Shown here: piece by piece, positions 8,336 through 18,456 of the stretch | Layout of the letters: each line of letters begins with the position of its first letter | How positions within the stretch are numbered: the first letter of the stretch is position 1 | Source: Verrucomicrobiota bacterium | GTDB taxonomy: Bacteria > Verrucomicrobiota > Verrucomicrobiia > Opitutales > Cerasicoccaceae | Reading direction: 5' to 3' | NCBI GenBank assembly: GCA_039818205.1 | Contig: JBCBUK010000011.1 | Location: 64,001-128,000, forward strand | Length of the DNA stretch: 64,000 nucleotides | Notes under the pieces: model-generated | Databases searched by the model: none | What the model was told of the DNA's origin: nothing | What the model saw: only the letters and a program-made list of their open reading frames with translations | Position numbers and translations under genes: made by a program

Positions 8336-9358
8336 ATGGCCGAAAAATCAACCCTAGTTGACGATCTACCTCCAGTCGCAAAGTCCGGAAACGATAACAC
8401 ATCTCCGTCGGTCACCGTTGTCATGCCGGACAACATCGACAAACAGATTAAAGAACTCGGTGGCGAAACCACGGCTTCAACGGAGGTTCCGTCCGACCTT
8501 ACGATTACCGGTTTCCAGCGGGCAACCTACTTCTCGTTTCTGGGCGATTCGATTATCTGGGGCCTCGTCGGGATGTTCTTTATCGCTAAAGCATTCAAGG
8601 ATAAGCAAACGGTTCAGTTCGCCACGATGGCGGCCTATGGTGGTCTTTTGGTGGCAATCGGCTTGATGTTTTTCATCTACAGTAAGCAATTCGGTGGCTT
8701 TTTGAACGGCGTTGGATCCGAGCCGAGTTTGGCGCTCCGCGGTTTCGGTTGGATGATTTTTGCCCCCGCTTTGTTTTACGTTTTGTCGCGAGCCGTCCGT
8801 GTTCCGGCCCAGGACAAAACGCTTTATTTGGCGATGTTTGGGTTGGCGGCAGGAAGCTTTTTATTCATTGGCCTTTCCCAATTGGTTTCGGGGCAGCTTG
8901 AGCAGATTGGCCTCTCGGTATTTCCCATCCTCTTCTCGGCAAGTCTTGCTCTGTTATTGTTCATGACCTTGACTTCAGGGACTGCTGGCATCCGGGGTGG
9001 CGCTAAACGTGGGATAACTGTGATAGCCTATTCGATCATGGTCGGTTGGTTGTTGTATCCGATTCTCAATTTGGTCTCCCTCATGGGTGATAACCCAACG
9101 CTCTATAATTTCTTGCTTAATATCGTGGATCTGGCTGTGCTCGGTTGCGTCACCTATGGACTGTGGGAAACCGTTACGTCCCGACGTGACCGTATTGCTT
9201 TGAAGCCTTCCTTCCGCAACCGCAAAGGCGGTGGTGGTAAGAAGTATGCCGGTGCACCTCAGCCAACCGCGGGTGCGACTCCGCGAGTGGGCACGGTTGA
9301 GGGCGACGGCGAGCGTAAGCCTGGGTTCAAGCGTCCTGGCGCTTACAGCAACAACTAG
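8336..9358 (+). CDS. Microbial rhodopsin-fold 7TM protein lacking the retinal-binding lysine
   Basis: About 7 hydrophobic segments; helix C LRGFGWMIFAP (bacteriorhodopsin ARYADWLFTTP), helix F GWLLYPI (WSAYPV), helix G NIVDLAVLG (LDVSAKVG, Lys replaced by Leu). Confidence 0.7.
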   Translation: MAEKSTLVDDLPPVAKSGNDNTSPSVTVVMPDNIDKQIKELGGETTASTEVPSDLTITGFQRATYFSFLGDSIIWGLVGMFFIAKAFKDKQTVQFATMAAYGGLLVAIGLMFFIYSKQFGGFLNGVGSEPSLALRGFGWMIFAPALFYVLSRAVRVPAQDKTLYLAMFGLAAGSFLFIGLSQLVSGQLEQIGLSVFPILFSASLALLLFMTLTSGTAGIRGGAKRGITVIAYSIMVGWLLYPILNLVSLMGDNPTLYNFLLNIVDLAVLGCVTYGLWETVTSRRDRIALKPSFRNRKGGGGKKYAGAPQPTAGATPRVGTVEGDGERKPGFKRPGAYSNN

Positions 9359-9411
9359 TTTATTAGGCTGCGCGTTGACCCCGCTTAACTCACCCATTTA
9401 TTGGATGGGTT

Positions 9412-10317
9412 ATGGAAAATTGTTGGGAAAGTAAGTCTGCCTTGATTTTAGGGTGTGGTTATGTCGGTTCTGCGGTCGGCGAAGTTCTGGCTAAGCAAGG
9501 TGCCCGTGTAACGGTGCTAACCCGCAACAAAGAGCGGGCCTCTGCGGCCGAGGCGTGGGCTGCGCAAGTTATCCAGGCGGATCTGGATTCAGCCGCATGG
9601 CACAGCGACGTTGATCACCAGCAAGACTATGTCCTCAACTGCGTTAGTTCGGCTGGTGGTGGCCTCGAGGGATATCAGAAGTCTTACATAAACGGTATGA
9701 ATTCTGTCGTTCGCTGGTGCTCCGGAGCGGAGGTCGGTACCTACGTCTATACGAGCGCAACGAGCGTGTATCCGCAAAGTGATGGCGAGCGGGTGGCAGA
9801 GGATGATGTTCCGGCCGATTTGACTGCGAATGGCGCGAAATTGCGGGAGGCAGAGCAGATCATTGAAGCCCAGACCGGCGCTTGGGCGCGGGCGTTTATC
9901 CTGCGCTTGGGGGCCATTTATGGTCCGACCCGTCATCACCTGTTGGATGCATTGAAGCGTGGAGAGACCGTCTTCGCTGGTGAGGGTGATTTTTATCTTA
10001 ATTACATTCACTTGGACGATATCGTTCAGGCGATCTTAGCCTCCTTTGCCGCACCCAAGGAAGCGAAGGGTGGCGTGTTCAATATTGTCGACGGGAGCTA
10101 TCCGACCAAGCGAGAGGTCGTCGAATGGCTGGCGGAGCAGCTTGGGGTTGAGCCGCCCACCTTTGATCCAAATCTTCGTACCGCCCGTGCCTCAATGAGG
10201 AAAACGGGATCAGGCAAATTGCCGCATCGTCGCGTATGCAATGAGCGGTTTTCTCGCGAGTTGGACTGGTCACCAAGCTTTCCGACCTTTCGCGAAGGCT
10301 ATGCTAGACTGTTTTAG
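9412..10317 (+). CDS. NAD-dependent epimerase/dehydratase (atypical SDR) family protein
   Basis: ILGCGYVG Rossmann motif, YTSATSVY, LRLGAIYGP, NYIHLDD. Confidence 0.85.
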   Translation: MENCWESKSALILGCGYVGSAVGEVLAKQGARVTVLTRNKERASAAEAWAAQVIQADLDSAAWHSDVDHQQDYVLNCVSSAGGGLEGYQKSYINGMNSVVRWCSGAEVGTYVYTSATSVYPQSDGERVAEDDVPADLTANGAKLREAEQIIEAQTGAWARAFILRLGAIYGPTRHHLLDALKRGETVFAGEGDFYLNYIHLDDIVQAILASFAAPKEAKGGVFNIVDGSYPTKREVVEWLAEQLGVEPPTFDPNLRTARASMRKTGSGKLPHRRVCNERFSRELDWSPSFPTFREGYARLF

Positions 10318-10383
10318 GGGACAAGCGTGCCGACTTGTCGCTTCCGCGCTTGACTCGGCGGCGCGAGCGGCAACCTTAGTTCT

Positions 10384-10692
10384 ATGGCTGGAGTCGGAAA
10401 ACTTCTCAAACAAGCGCAAAAGATGCAGCGGAAGATTGAATCGCTGCAGGAAGAGCTCGCCGCAACCGAGTTGGATGTATCCAGCGGCGGCGGCGCAATC
10501 GAAATCAAAGTAAACGGCCAAGGTGAATTCTTGGCACTCAAGCTCGACCCGGAGTTCCTGAAGGAGGATCCTGAGTTCGTTGAAGAGACTCTTTTGGAAG
10601 CGTTTAAGGAGGCGGCTGCGAAGGCCAAGACCTTCAACGAGGAAAAGATGGGCGATGCCACCGCGGGTTTCCAGTTTCCTGGAATGATGTAG
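10384..10692 (+). CDS. ybaB: YbaB/EbfC nucleoid-associated protein
   Basis: LLKQAQKMQ...SGGGAIEIKVNG; directly upstream of recR. Confidence 0.92.
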   Translation: MAGVGKLLKQAQKMQRKIESLQEELAATELDVSSGGGAIEIKVNGQGEFLALKLDPEFLKEDPEFVEETLLEAFKEAAAKAKTFNEEKMGDATAGFQFPGMM

Positions 10693-10706
10693 TTGGGCAG
10701 TCCAAG

Positions 10707-11303
10707 GTGTCTCCCGCGTTTGATAAAGTTCACCAGCTGCTTAAGCAATTGCCCGGGCTCGGGCACCGCTCAGCGGAGCGGGTGGCCATGCACCTCCTAG
10801 TCGAGAAACCAGATCGGCTGGAGCCCTTGTGCGAAGCCTTGCAGGAAGCGGCGGCAAAGTTGAAGCGCTGCCCAGTTACCGGAAACCTGACCGAGGGGTC
10901 CCAGTGCGAGATTTACGCCGATACGGCGCGTCGCCGCGAAATTGTCTGCATCGTTGAGACGGTCCCTGACTTAATGGCAATCGAGCGCTCGGGGGCTTAC
11001 CGCGGCGTGTACCATGTGTTGCACGGCAAACTGTCGCCGCTGCACGGGATCGGACCCGATGATCTTAACTTTGCGCCCTTGGTTCAGCGCTTGGAATCCG
11101 ACGGAGTCAACGAGCTGATTTTGGCCCTTTCCAACGATATCGAAGGCGAGGCGACCTGCCATTACATCCAGGATGAGCTCTTGGCTGAACGGGACGACAT
11201 ATCCGTGAGTCGCATTGGCTTCGGCTTGCCGAGCGGCGGTGGAATTGTCTTTGCTGACGCAGCCACGCTGCGCAACGCGCTTGAAGGCCGGAAAAAGTTC
11301 TAG
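10707..11303 (+). CDS. recR: Recombination mediator RecR
   Basis: LPGLGHRSAER, YHVLHGKLSPLHGIGP, EGEAT, SRIGFGLP. Confidence 0.96.
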   Translation: MSPAFDKVHQLLKQLPGLGHRSAERVAMHLLVEKPDRLEPLCEALQEAAAKLKRCPVTGNLTEGSQCEIYADTARRREIVCIVETVPDLMAIERSGAYRGVYHVLHGKLSPLHGIGPDDLNFAPLVQRLESDGVNELILALSNDIEGEATCHYIQDELLAERDDISVSRIGFGLPSGGGIVFADAATLRNALEGRKKF

Positions 11304-11950
11304 CTTTGCAGGCCGGCAACGAAGCTGGCTTTGTCTGGATGCTTGAAGAACGCCGAGCCCGAAACGAAAGTATCCGCGCCGGCAGCCTTGCAGCGCTCAC
11401 CGGTCTCTGCTCCCACCCCACCATCGACTTCAATACGCCAGGTTGCTCCTCGCTCTTCGCGCCATTTGGCGACTTCCTCGATCTTTGGAAGCACGTCTTC
11501 GCGGAATGACTGCCCACCGAAACCGGGTTGGACGGTCATCAAAAGGACGAGGTCTACCTCGTCCAAGAATGGTAGCAAGTCCTTCGTCGGTGTTCCTGGG
11601 TTGATGCAAATGCCACAGGTTGCCCCCAGTTCCCGGATGCGGGCGAGGGTGGCGTGATGATCGTAGGAAGGCTCCGTGTGGATCGTCACATTCTGGGCGC
11701 CAGCATCAATAAAGGGTTCAATGAAAAGGTCTGGACGGGCCAGCATCAAATGGACATCGAAAAACAACTGACTGCCCGGGCGCATGTCTTTCACGGTCTG
11801 CGGGCCAAAGGTCAGGTTCGGCACGAAGTGGCCGTCCATGATGTCGAGGTGAATCCATTCGATGCCAGGAACGGCTTCGGCCTCAGCCAGGCTGTCGGCG
11901 AGGCGGGCGTGATTCCCAGCGAGGATGGATGGCGCGACAAGGGGTTTCAT
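11300..11950 (-). CDS. rpe: Ribulose-phosphate 3-epimerase
   Basis: APSIL, HLDIMDGHFVPNLTFG, MTVQPGFGGQ, EVDGG; start placed at ATG 11950. Confidence 0.96.
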   Translation of the reverse strand: MKPLVAPSILAGNHARLADSLAEAEAVPGIEWIHLDIMDGHFVPNLTFGPQTVKDMRPGSQLFFDVHLMLARPDLFIEPFIDAGAQNVTIHTEPSYDHHATLARIRELGATCGICINPGTPTKDLLPFLDEVDLVLLMTVQPGFGGQSFREDVLPKIEEVAKWREERGATWRIEVDGGVGAETGERCKAAGADTFVSGSAFFKHPDKASFVAGLQS

Positions 11951-11957
11951 GGTGCGA

Positions 11958-12461
11958 TTACCAAGCTCCAAGAACTTGTTCGGTGATTTCTTGGGCGAGT
12001 TTGCGAGTAAGAACCGGCATTGCCTGATACTCCGATTGGATAAATCCGCCTTCGGTGAAGGCTTGTTGGCTGGTCGAGATTTCCCGGCGCTCGATGTAGA
12101 CTTCTCCAGTCTTGTTATTGATGAGCGTCACTTGGGCGGTGAGCGTCAAGTTGTAGGCGCGGGCGACTTGGGTATCTTGGGGCCGGGTGGCGGTGACACC
12201 GCGTTGGTAATCAATCAGAATTATTTTCAGCGACACATCCGAATACTTGTCGCCCGTTTTCACCTGACCGCTGCGATTCAAGTCTTCGATAACTTGGTTG
12301 GCCAGGATGACCTCAGCTTGTGGCGCAAACGAGCGATTGATGATCGGCGCCACATAAACCGATTTGAACGGCATCTCGACTCGGTCACCCAGTTGATAAT
12401 TGGAGCATCCACCGAGGAGCCATGCGCCCAAGAGAGTGAAGATGATCAGCGTCTGTCGCAT
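11958..12461 (-). CDS. lptE: LPS assembly lipoprotein LptE family
   Basis: Lipobox LGGC followed by SNYQLG; typical size; downstream of bamD. Confidence 0.75.
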   Translation of the reverse strand: MRQTLIIFTLLGAWLLGGCSNYQLGDRVEMPFKSVYVAPIINRSFAPQAEVILANQVIEDLNRSGQVKTGDKYSDVSLKIILIDYQRGVTATRPQDTQVARAYNLTLTAQVTLINNKTGEVYIERREISTSQQAFTEGGFIQSEYQAMPVLTRKLAQEITEQVLGAW

Positions 12462-12489
12462 CGTGATCTGAGGTTTTATGTGGATTACC

Positions 12490-13896
12490 TTAACCGCCCG
12501 CGGGCACGTTCGGATCTTGCGCCTGTTCCTTTTGGAACTCGTCGATGGCTTTCTGCTCCGGCGTGTTTGGTCCCGGTGGATTGTAAGGGATCATCTCGCT
12601 CGGATCTAGATCATCAATTGGATCGTTCGGGAAAGGAATTAGTTCACCAGTTGCCGGATCGACAAAATAGTCTTCGACCGGAGCGCCAACGCCTTCGAAT
12701 TCCTGGACGTCGTCACCAGAAACTTCTTCGAGCGCTTCAGCACCTGGAGTTTCCAGGAAGGCCTCGGATTGCTCGATCTGGAAAGCTTCGTCTTCGAGGG
12801 CGTCAATCTTCGACTGGTCCTCGTAGGCGCGATAGCTTGGGCGCTGATAGCGGCCAAATACCCAGTCAACTGGAGTCATCGGTGGCTCGGCTCCAGAGTC
12901 GATAAGCACAATTTGCTCTTCGGCAAGGTGGGCAATAGCGGACTGCGGAGCAACGGTGATCGCCTCACTATACATGACGCGCGCTGCGCGTGGGTTGTTG
13001 CGGTACTTCCAGTAGAATTCTCCAACCTCAAACTTGCTCTCGGCGAGCGTCTCACGCATGTAGTAGAGACCCGCCTCAGCTTCATAGGAGCCCGGTGTAT
13101 CGGGATAGAGAATCAAGTAATCCTGGTAAAAGCTGACGGCTTCACGGGTTGCCCCTTGGTCCCAGGAAGGTCCCTGAACAAGTGACGCGTAGACGTCGGC
13201 AAGTTGCAAATAGGCGTCGGGTGCGAGTAGGCTCTGGGGATAATTATTAATCAGCCGGTCAAGCGCATCGATGGCGTCTTCTGGCTTGTCCTGATCGCGG
13301 GACATCAGCGCAATGTTCATCAGCGATAGCGGGGCGTATTCACTGAACGGTGCCGCCGCAACGATGTCTTCATAAATGTCGATACCAACGACTGGATCCG
13401 GGAACCAAGGAATGATACCCCAAGCGTAGGGGATTGCACCTTCTTGGACGGTCTCGGCGAGGTTGTACATCGCTTCAATGAGCGAATTGAAATTATCGTA
13501 GTTGGGATAACGTGCCAGGACGATGTCGAACTCCTCGCGTGCGTCGTCAAACTGGCCGCGCTTGGTGTAGATCAATCCACGCTGGTAGTGCGCCTCTGGA
13601 GCATAGATCGATTCTGAATAGTCACTGACGACGTCTTTGTAGTAGTCCAGGGCATCGCCCAGGCTTCCGTCTTCCTGTTCCTCACGGGCTTTGTTCATCA
13701 GGTCCAGAGCCGTGCTCGGGGCGTCCGCGGAATCACCGCCGAGGATTACCTCGGAGAGGCCGCCTTCGGCCCGCCAGCCTTGGCCTTCTGTCCAGACGAG
13801 TTTGGCTTGGAGATGGGAGGCGCTAAAGAGCCCGAGGGCCACAATGAGCGCGCTGCTGGTGAGCTTGGAATGTTTCATAGCTGCGACGGTCGACAT
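12490..13896 (-). CDS. bamD: Outer membrane assembly factor BamD-like TPR protein
   Basis: Signal peptide, TPRs, DQGATREAVSFYQDYLILYP...LAESKFEVGEFYWK; acidic C-terminal tail. Confidence 0.75.
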   Translation of the reverse strand: MSTVAAMKHSKLTSSALIVALGLFSASHLQAKLVWTEGQGWRAEGGLSEVILGGDSADAPSTALDLMNKAREEQEDGSLGDALDYYKDVVSDYSESIYAPEAHYQRGLIYTKRGQFDDAREEFDIVLARYPNYDNFNSLIEAMYNLAETVQEGAIPYAWGIIPWFPDPVVGIDIYEDIVAAAPFSEYAPLSLMNIALMSRDQDKPEDAIDALDRLINNYPQSLLAPDAYLQLADVYASLVQGPSWDQGATREAVSFYQDYLILYPDTPGSYEAEAGLYYMRETLAESKFEVGEFYWKYRNNPRAARVMYSEAITVAPQSAIAHLAEEQIVLIDSGAEPPMTPVDWVFGRYQRPSYRAYEDQSKIDALEDEAFQIEQSEAFLETPGAEALEEVSGDDVQEFEGVGAPVEDYFVDPATGELIPFPNDPIDDLDPSEMIPYNPPGPNTPEQKAIDEFQKEQAQDPNVPAGG

Positions 13897-13999
13897 CTAA
13901 AGGGCCGACTTAGCCTGCAAGCAAGCCGATTCCGTTCAGTATCTTATTTGAGGACAAAATCGTCGGGATGGCTCAGGGCAAAATCAAAGAGGGTAATCG

Positions 14000-15004
14000 C
14001 TAGGCCTCAGGCCATTTGATGACTGCTCCACCCCAAGTGAGGCCTGCGCCGAAGGCCGCCAATACTACGTTGTCACCGGGTCCAAATCGTCCCTGTTCCC
14101 GGGCTTCCCAGAGGGCAATTGGAACCGAAGCCGCTGAGGTGTTCCCGAACCGATCGATGTTGATGTAAAATTTGTCCATCGACGTCTCGAGGCGTTTTGC
14201 CATGGACTCAATGATTCGAATATTCGCCTGGTGCGGGATGAAGCAGGTGATGTCATCAGGGGTCAGGCCATTGCGTTCGATCGCCTCAAGCGTGACATTC
14301 CCCATCTCTTTGACGGCGGATCGGAAGATCTCCTTGCCGTTCATTTTCAGATAGTGCTGACGTTCGTTTAACGTGTCCGTCGAAGTGGGCATCGCTGTGC
14401 CGCCACCTGGCATACACAGGAGCTCCGGGCGCGAGCCCTCTGCTTTGAGAATAATTTCTCCAACACCAATACCGGGAACGTCACCCCGGGTTAAAACGGC
14501 GGCACCCGCGCCGTCGCCAAAGAGCACGCAGGTAGCGCGGTCTTCCCAATCGACGATGCTCGACATTTTTTCCGCACCGATAACGAGCACGTTGCGGTAG
14601 GCGCCCGAGCGGAGCATCTGGCTACCGACCTCCAGGATATAGAGGAACCCGGAGCAGGCTGCCGATACGTCGAACGCAGCCACCGGATCGAGCCCGAGTT
14701 TGGACTGGATGAGACACGCCGTTGACGGGAAGGGCATGTCGGGGCTCATCGTGCCAACGATGATCAAATCGATTTCGTCCCGGTTAATCCCGGCATCAGC
14801 AATGGCATTCTCGGCGGCGATGGCTCCCAGCGTCGACGTGCTTTGACCTTCGGTGGCAATGCGGCGTTCTCCGATACCGGAGCGGGTACGGATCCACTCG
14901 TCAGAAGTTTCAACGATCTTAGCCATGTCGTCATTGGTGACGACTTTTTCAGGAATGCAGGCGCCTAGCCCGCTGATCAGAACCGATGTTGCGGCAGAAT
15001 TCAT
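14000..15004 (-). CDS. fabH: Beta-ketoacyl-ACP synthase III
   Basis: AACSGF, PHQANIRI, GNTSAAS, FGAGLTWG. Confidence 0.97.
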   Translation of the reverse strand: MNSAATSVLISGLGACIPEKVVTNDDMAKIVETSDEWIRTRSGIGERRIATEGQSTSTLGAIAAENAIADAGINRDEIDLIIVGTMSPDMPFPSTACLIQSKLGLDPVAAFDVSAACSGFLYILEVGSQMLRSGAYRNVLVIGAEKMSSIVDWEDRATCVLFGDGAGAAVLTRGDVPGIGVGEIILKAEGSRPELLCMPGGGTAMPTSTDTLNERQHYLKMNGKEIFRSAVKEMGNVTLEAIERNGLTPDDITCFIPHQANIRIIESMAKRLETSMDKFYINIDRFGNTSAASVPIALWEAREQGRFGPGDNVVLAAFGAGLTWGGAVIKWPEA

Positions 15005-15022
15005 ATTGGTTGAATATGCCGC

Positions 15023-15763
15023 TTAGCGAGAAATCTCGATCCAGTCAAGGTAGGCTGTGGATGACTCTTCTGTGTTATCACCATCGGCCATAATGCTTAT
15101 TACGGCTTCTTTCGGTGGTTCCTCGTCGAATGCGTTGCGAAAATCTTCCATAATGTTGACTTTTTCCTCATGCCATTGGCCGGTATCACTGGCTCCGCTA
15201 CGCTTCACGATGATGCGTGCGCGATCCGAGTAGGGGCAGGGCAGGGTTTGGCTGGCTAAGTCAGATCGGTTAGCAAATACGTAATGAATGACCCGGTAAG
15301 GCGGATACTCTCCCCAGACCAGTTTTTGCATTTTGAACCAGCGACGTTCGTTGTCGGAAACTTTCTTGGGGTCGAATTTGAAACAAACGCTTACCCGAAG
15401 TGGGAAGTCATCCCCGTCCTCATGCTCGGCATTGCCCTTGGTAAAGGTATTTCCGACATTCCATCGCCAGGAAAGCAGCGGCGTTTCGGCGGGTTTAAAC
15501 TTTTCAGTGAGGACGATGGCTGAAACGGAATTGTTGGCCTGGGCACAGAGCATGCCGTCTCCAGTAAGCTGGTAGCTGCTGTTCGTCTGCAGGGGAAACT
15601 CGAGCGGTTCCCAGTTTTCCAGGTGATCAAAGTGCTCAGCGATGACTGGGCTCGGGGTCGAAATGGAATCGGCCCAGGTGCGTGGGGTAGTTATGCAGGC
15701 TAATAGTAATCCCGCCCCCATGGCAAAGATTGCCTGACGGGGCATCCGGTGGTCTCTGGTCAT
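15023..15763 (-). CDS. DUF3047-like exported protein
   Basis: Signal peptide; TPLLSWRWNV, GDDFPLRV, IMADGDNT motifs. Confidence 0.75.
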   Translation of the reverse strand: MTRDHRMPRQAIFAMGAGLLLACITTPRTWADSISTPSPVIAEHFDHLENWEPLEFPLQTNSSYQLTGDGMLCAQANNSVSAIVLTEKFKPAETPLLSWRWNVGNTFTKGNAEHEDGDDFPLRVSVCFKFDPKKVSDNERRWFKMQKLVWGEYPPYRVIHYVFANRSDLASQTLPCPYSDRARIIVKRSGASDTGQWHEEKVNIMEDFRNAFDEEPPKEAVISIMADGDNTEESSTAYLDWIEISR

Positions 15764-15823
15764 TCTCGTATGCGATACTTCTGAATCAAGGCTACGTGAG
15801 ATCGTCGTAGCGTCTACAAATAG

Positions 15824-16903
15824 TTAAACGTCGCTTGTTGCGACGAGCGATTCGGAAGTCTTCATGATACTATTAGCATTTTCAATGTCTTTTTGCACTT
15901 GTTCTTCCATGTCGTGCAAAAGGGTTTCGTGAGCAATCCGGATTGCGCTACGAATGAAAAATCGGTCGCTTGAGCCATGAGTCTTGAGTACCAGATGATT
16001 CAGGCCCAGCAGCGGTGCACCCGAGTAGTTATCGGGGGAGAAGGACTTTTTCATGGCTTTGAAGGCTCCTTGGGACAGGAAGGCGCCAACCTTGCGCATC
16101 GGGGTCGCCGTAATCTCCTCCTTCAGCGTGGTTTTCAGCATGCTGTAGCAGGATTCCAATGCTTTGAGAAGGATGTTTCCTGTAAAGCCATCACAGACAA
16201 CGACATCAGCCACATTGTTGAAGGTGTCAAAGCCCTCGATCGGGCCGATGTAGTTGATGATTCCCTGTTCGCCGAGGCTTTTTAAATTGTCGTGAGCTTC
16301 GAGGATACGCTTGGTGCCTTTTCCCTCCTCGGTGCCAATAGTCAACAGGCCAACCCGTGGTCTATCGGTTCCTACGGCAGCATTGTAATACTGGGAGCCA
16401 AGGACCGCATTATGGGCGAGCTGCTTGGGGGAGGTTTCGGGCTGGGCGCCTGCATCAATGAGCAAAAAGTGGTGGTTGCGGCTCGGAATAACCGTCGCCA
16501 ACGCCGGGCGTTCGACTCCTGGGAGCTTGCGGAGCATGAGTGTCGCCGAGAACATCAGGCTGCCCGTGTTGCCACAGCTGACGGCGGCACCGGCTTCGCC
16601 ATCGGCGACGAGCTTCAGTGCCTTGATCATTGAAGAGTCCTTCTTTTTATAACTCTCCTTGGGCTTTTCTTTCATGCCGATGACATCCGAAGCGTGCTGA
16701 ATTCGGACATTTGCGGAGTTGCCCAAGCCAGCATTGGTCACGAGCGGTCGGAGTTCATCCTCCTTGCCGACCAGAATGAGTTCCGGGAGATTGGCTACCT
16801 CCTGTAGCGCGAGTTTTACCGCCTCAACGGCTTCGGCTGGGCCCAGGTCCCCGCCCATAGCGTCAATGGCAATTGGTTGCGCACTCGTCGGTCCGTTATT
16901 CAT
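15824..16903 (-). CDS. plsX: Phosphate acyltransferase PlsX
   Basis: IAIDAMGGD, SCGNTG, ERPALA, VCDGFTGNILLK, KTHGSS. Confidence 0.96.
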   Translation of the reverse strand: MNNGPTSAQPIAIDAMGGDLGPAEAVEAVKLALQEVANLPELILVGKEDELRPLVTNAGLGNSANVRIQHASDVIGMKEKPKESYKKKDSSMIKALKLVADGEAGAAVSCGNTGSLMFSATLMLRKLPGVERPALATVIPSRNHHFLLIDAGAQPETSPKQLAHNAVLGSQYYNAAVGTDRPRVGLLTIGTEEGKGTKRILEAHDNLKSLGEQGIINYIGPIEGFDTFNNVADVVVCDGFTGNILLKALESCYSMLKTTLKEEITATPMRKVGAFLSQGAFKAMKKSFSPDNYSGAPLLGLNHLVLKTHGSSDRFFIRSAIRIAHETLLHDMEEQVQKDIENANSIMKTSESLVATSDV

Positions 16904-17005
16904 CGGGTTGAAGGCTTGGTTGATGGTCAATCTGGGTCAAGCTGCGATTATGCATTCACCCAGTGATGTTGAGAGTTAACCGTTTCCTGTTTGCGGCTAT
17001 TAGAG

Positions 17006-18346
17006 CTACCGCAGGCTGGCTAAAACGTCGAAGAAATTCGGGAATGTTTTCGCGCAGCAGCCTGGGTCGTGAAGTGCGATCCAAGGGCGACCATCACCAT
17101 GAAGATCGAAGGACCCCGCAATGCCGAAGCTCATGGCCACACGATGGTCTTCGTAGGTGTGGATGGTGACCGGGCTGTATTGCGTCTTGGCAATTAAGGC
17201 CTCCCGGTCGGGATAAACGGTCATACTATCGTCGGTTTCATCAACTTTCTGGCCGAGCTTGCGTAGCTCCGTCGCCATTGCGTTGATACGATCGGTCTCC
17301 TGGTGGCGAGTATGAGCAATGCCCGAGATCGTCGTCGGCCCATCGAGCAGCGGTGTGATCGCCGCGAGGGTCAGGAAGGTGTCCGAGATTGGGTTAAAGT
17401 TCTCGGTGATGCCGCCGGTTTTGCGTTCTTTAAATTCGGCGATCAAGTTGTTGCCGTCCATATTGAAGAACGCACCCAGCTTACCGAGGACATCGATGAA
17501 GCGGATGTCGCCTTGCAGGCCGATGCCGTAACAGCGCTCGAGGGCCAACGAGCCACCGACGACCCACGGGAGGATCGCATAGTAGCTCGCCGCGGTCGCA
17601 TCGGGCTCAACTACGTAGGCCGGGCGGGGAAAGTAGTAACCTGGACTTGCTTCAAAGTAGAACGGGCCCGTATCGGAGTCCGCTTTCGGCTGGATTCCGA
17701 ATTGATCCATCATCGCCAAGGTCATTCCAATGAATGGATGCGAGACGGTCTCGCCCGCGAGGGTGAGAGTCAGCGGAGCTTGGGCCAGCGGTGCGACCAT
17801 GAGCAGAGCAGACAGGATTTGGCTGCTGGCGGACGCGTCCACGCTGAGGTTGCCGCCCGGAATGCCCTTGGTTTTCAGGGTGAAGGGAAAAAAACCTTCC
17901 CGGCCATGGTATTCGACGTCCGTTGCTCCAAGCTTAACCAGGGCGTCGAGCAGGCCTCGCATTGGGCGTTTACGCATGGCCTCGGAGCCGTCCATCTTGA
18001 AAGTTCCACCCTTGCGCAGGCAGAGCATCGCCGTCAGGAAGCGGGCAGCTGTGCCGGCATTGCCGACGTAGATCTCGGCTTCCGCGTGGGGGATCTCGCC
18101 ACCACAGCCTTTAATAAATAGCGTTTTCCCGGGCTCGTCTTCGCTAACGGTGACACCGACCGCGCGGAGCGCGGCCGCCATGATCTTGGTGTCGTCACTA
18201 AAGAGCGCAGCTTCCAAAGTGAGCGATTCTTTGGAGAGGGCCGCCAGGATTAACGCGCGGTTCGTGATACTCTTTGAGCCCGGTAGGGTGACACTGCCGG
18301 CGACCGGCTTGGAAAATGGTTCGATGGTGAGAAGTTCTGGAAGCAT
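17006..18346 (-). CDS. aroA: 3-phosphoshikimate 1-carboxyvinyltransferase
   Basis: LPGSKSITNR, GNAGTAARF, SSQILSAL, ETDRI, DHRVAM, KTFPNFF; start placed at ATG 18346. Confidence 0.97.
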   Translation of the reverse strand: MLPELLTIEPFSKPVAGSVTLPGSKSITNRALILAALSKESLTLEAALFSDDTKIMAAALRAVGVTVSEDEPGKTLFIKGCGGEIPHAEAEIYVGNAGTAARFLTAMLCLRKGGTFKMDGSEAMRKRPMRGLLDALVKLGATDVEYHGREGFFPFTLKTKGIPGGNLSVDASASSQILSALLMVAPLAQAPLTLTLAGETVSHPFIGMTLAMMDQFGIQPKADSDTGPFYFEASPGYYFPRPAYVVEPDATAASYYAILPWVVGGSLALERCYGIGLQGDIRFIDVLGKLGAFFNMDGNNLIAEFKERKTGGITENFNPISDTFLTLAAITPLLDGPTTISGIAHTRHQETDRINAMATELRKLGQKVDETDDSMTVYPDREALIAKTQYSPVTIHTYEDHRVAMSFGIAGSFDLHGDGRPWIALHDPGCCAKTFPNFFDVLASLR

Positions 18347-18456
18347 GAGAGCCGACGATTCAGAAGAGGAACGCACTGCTTGGCAAGCCCGGGAAATCGA
18401 GGAACTTTTTCTCCAAAAAACGAAGGATTTCGAATTTGGCCGCGTATTACTCTGCA

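Noticed and set aside
8336..9358. Calling this gene a functional light-driven pump
   Set aside because: The Schiff-base Lys and the helix C carboxylates are absent.
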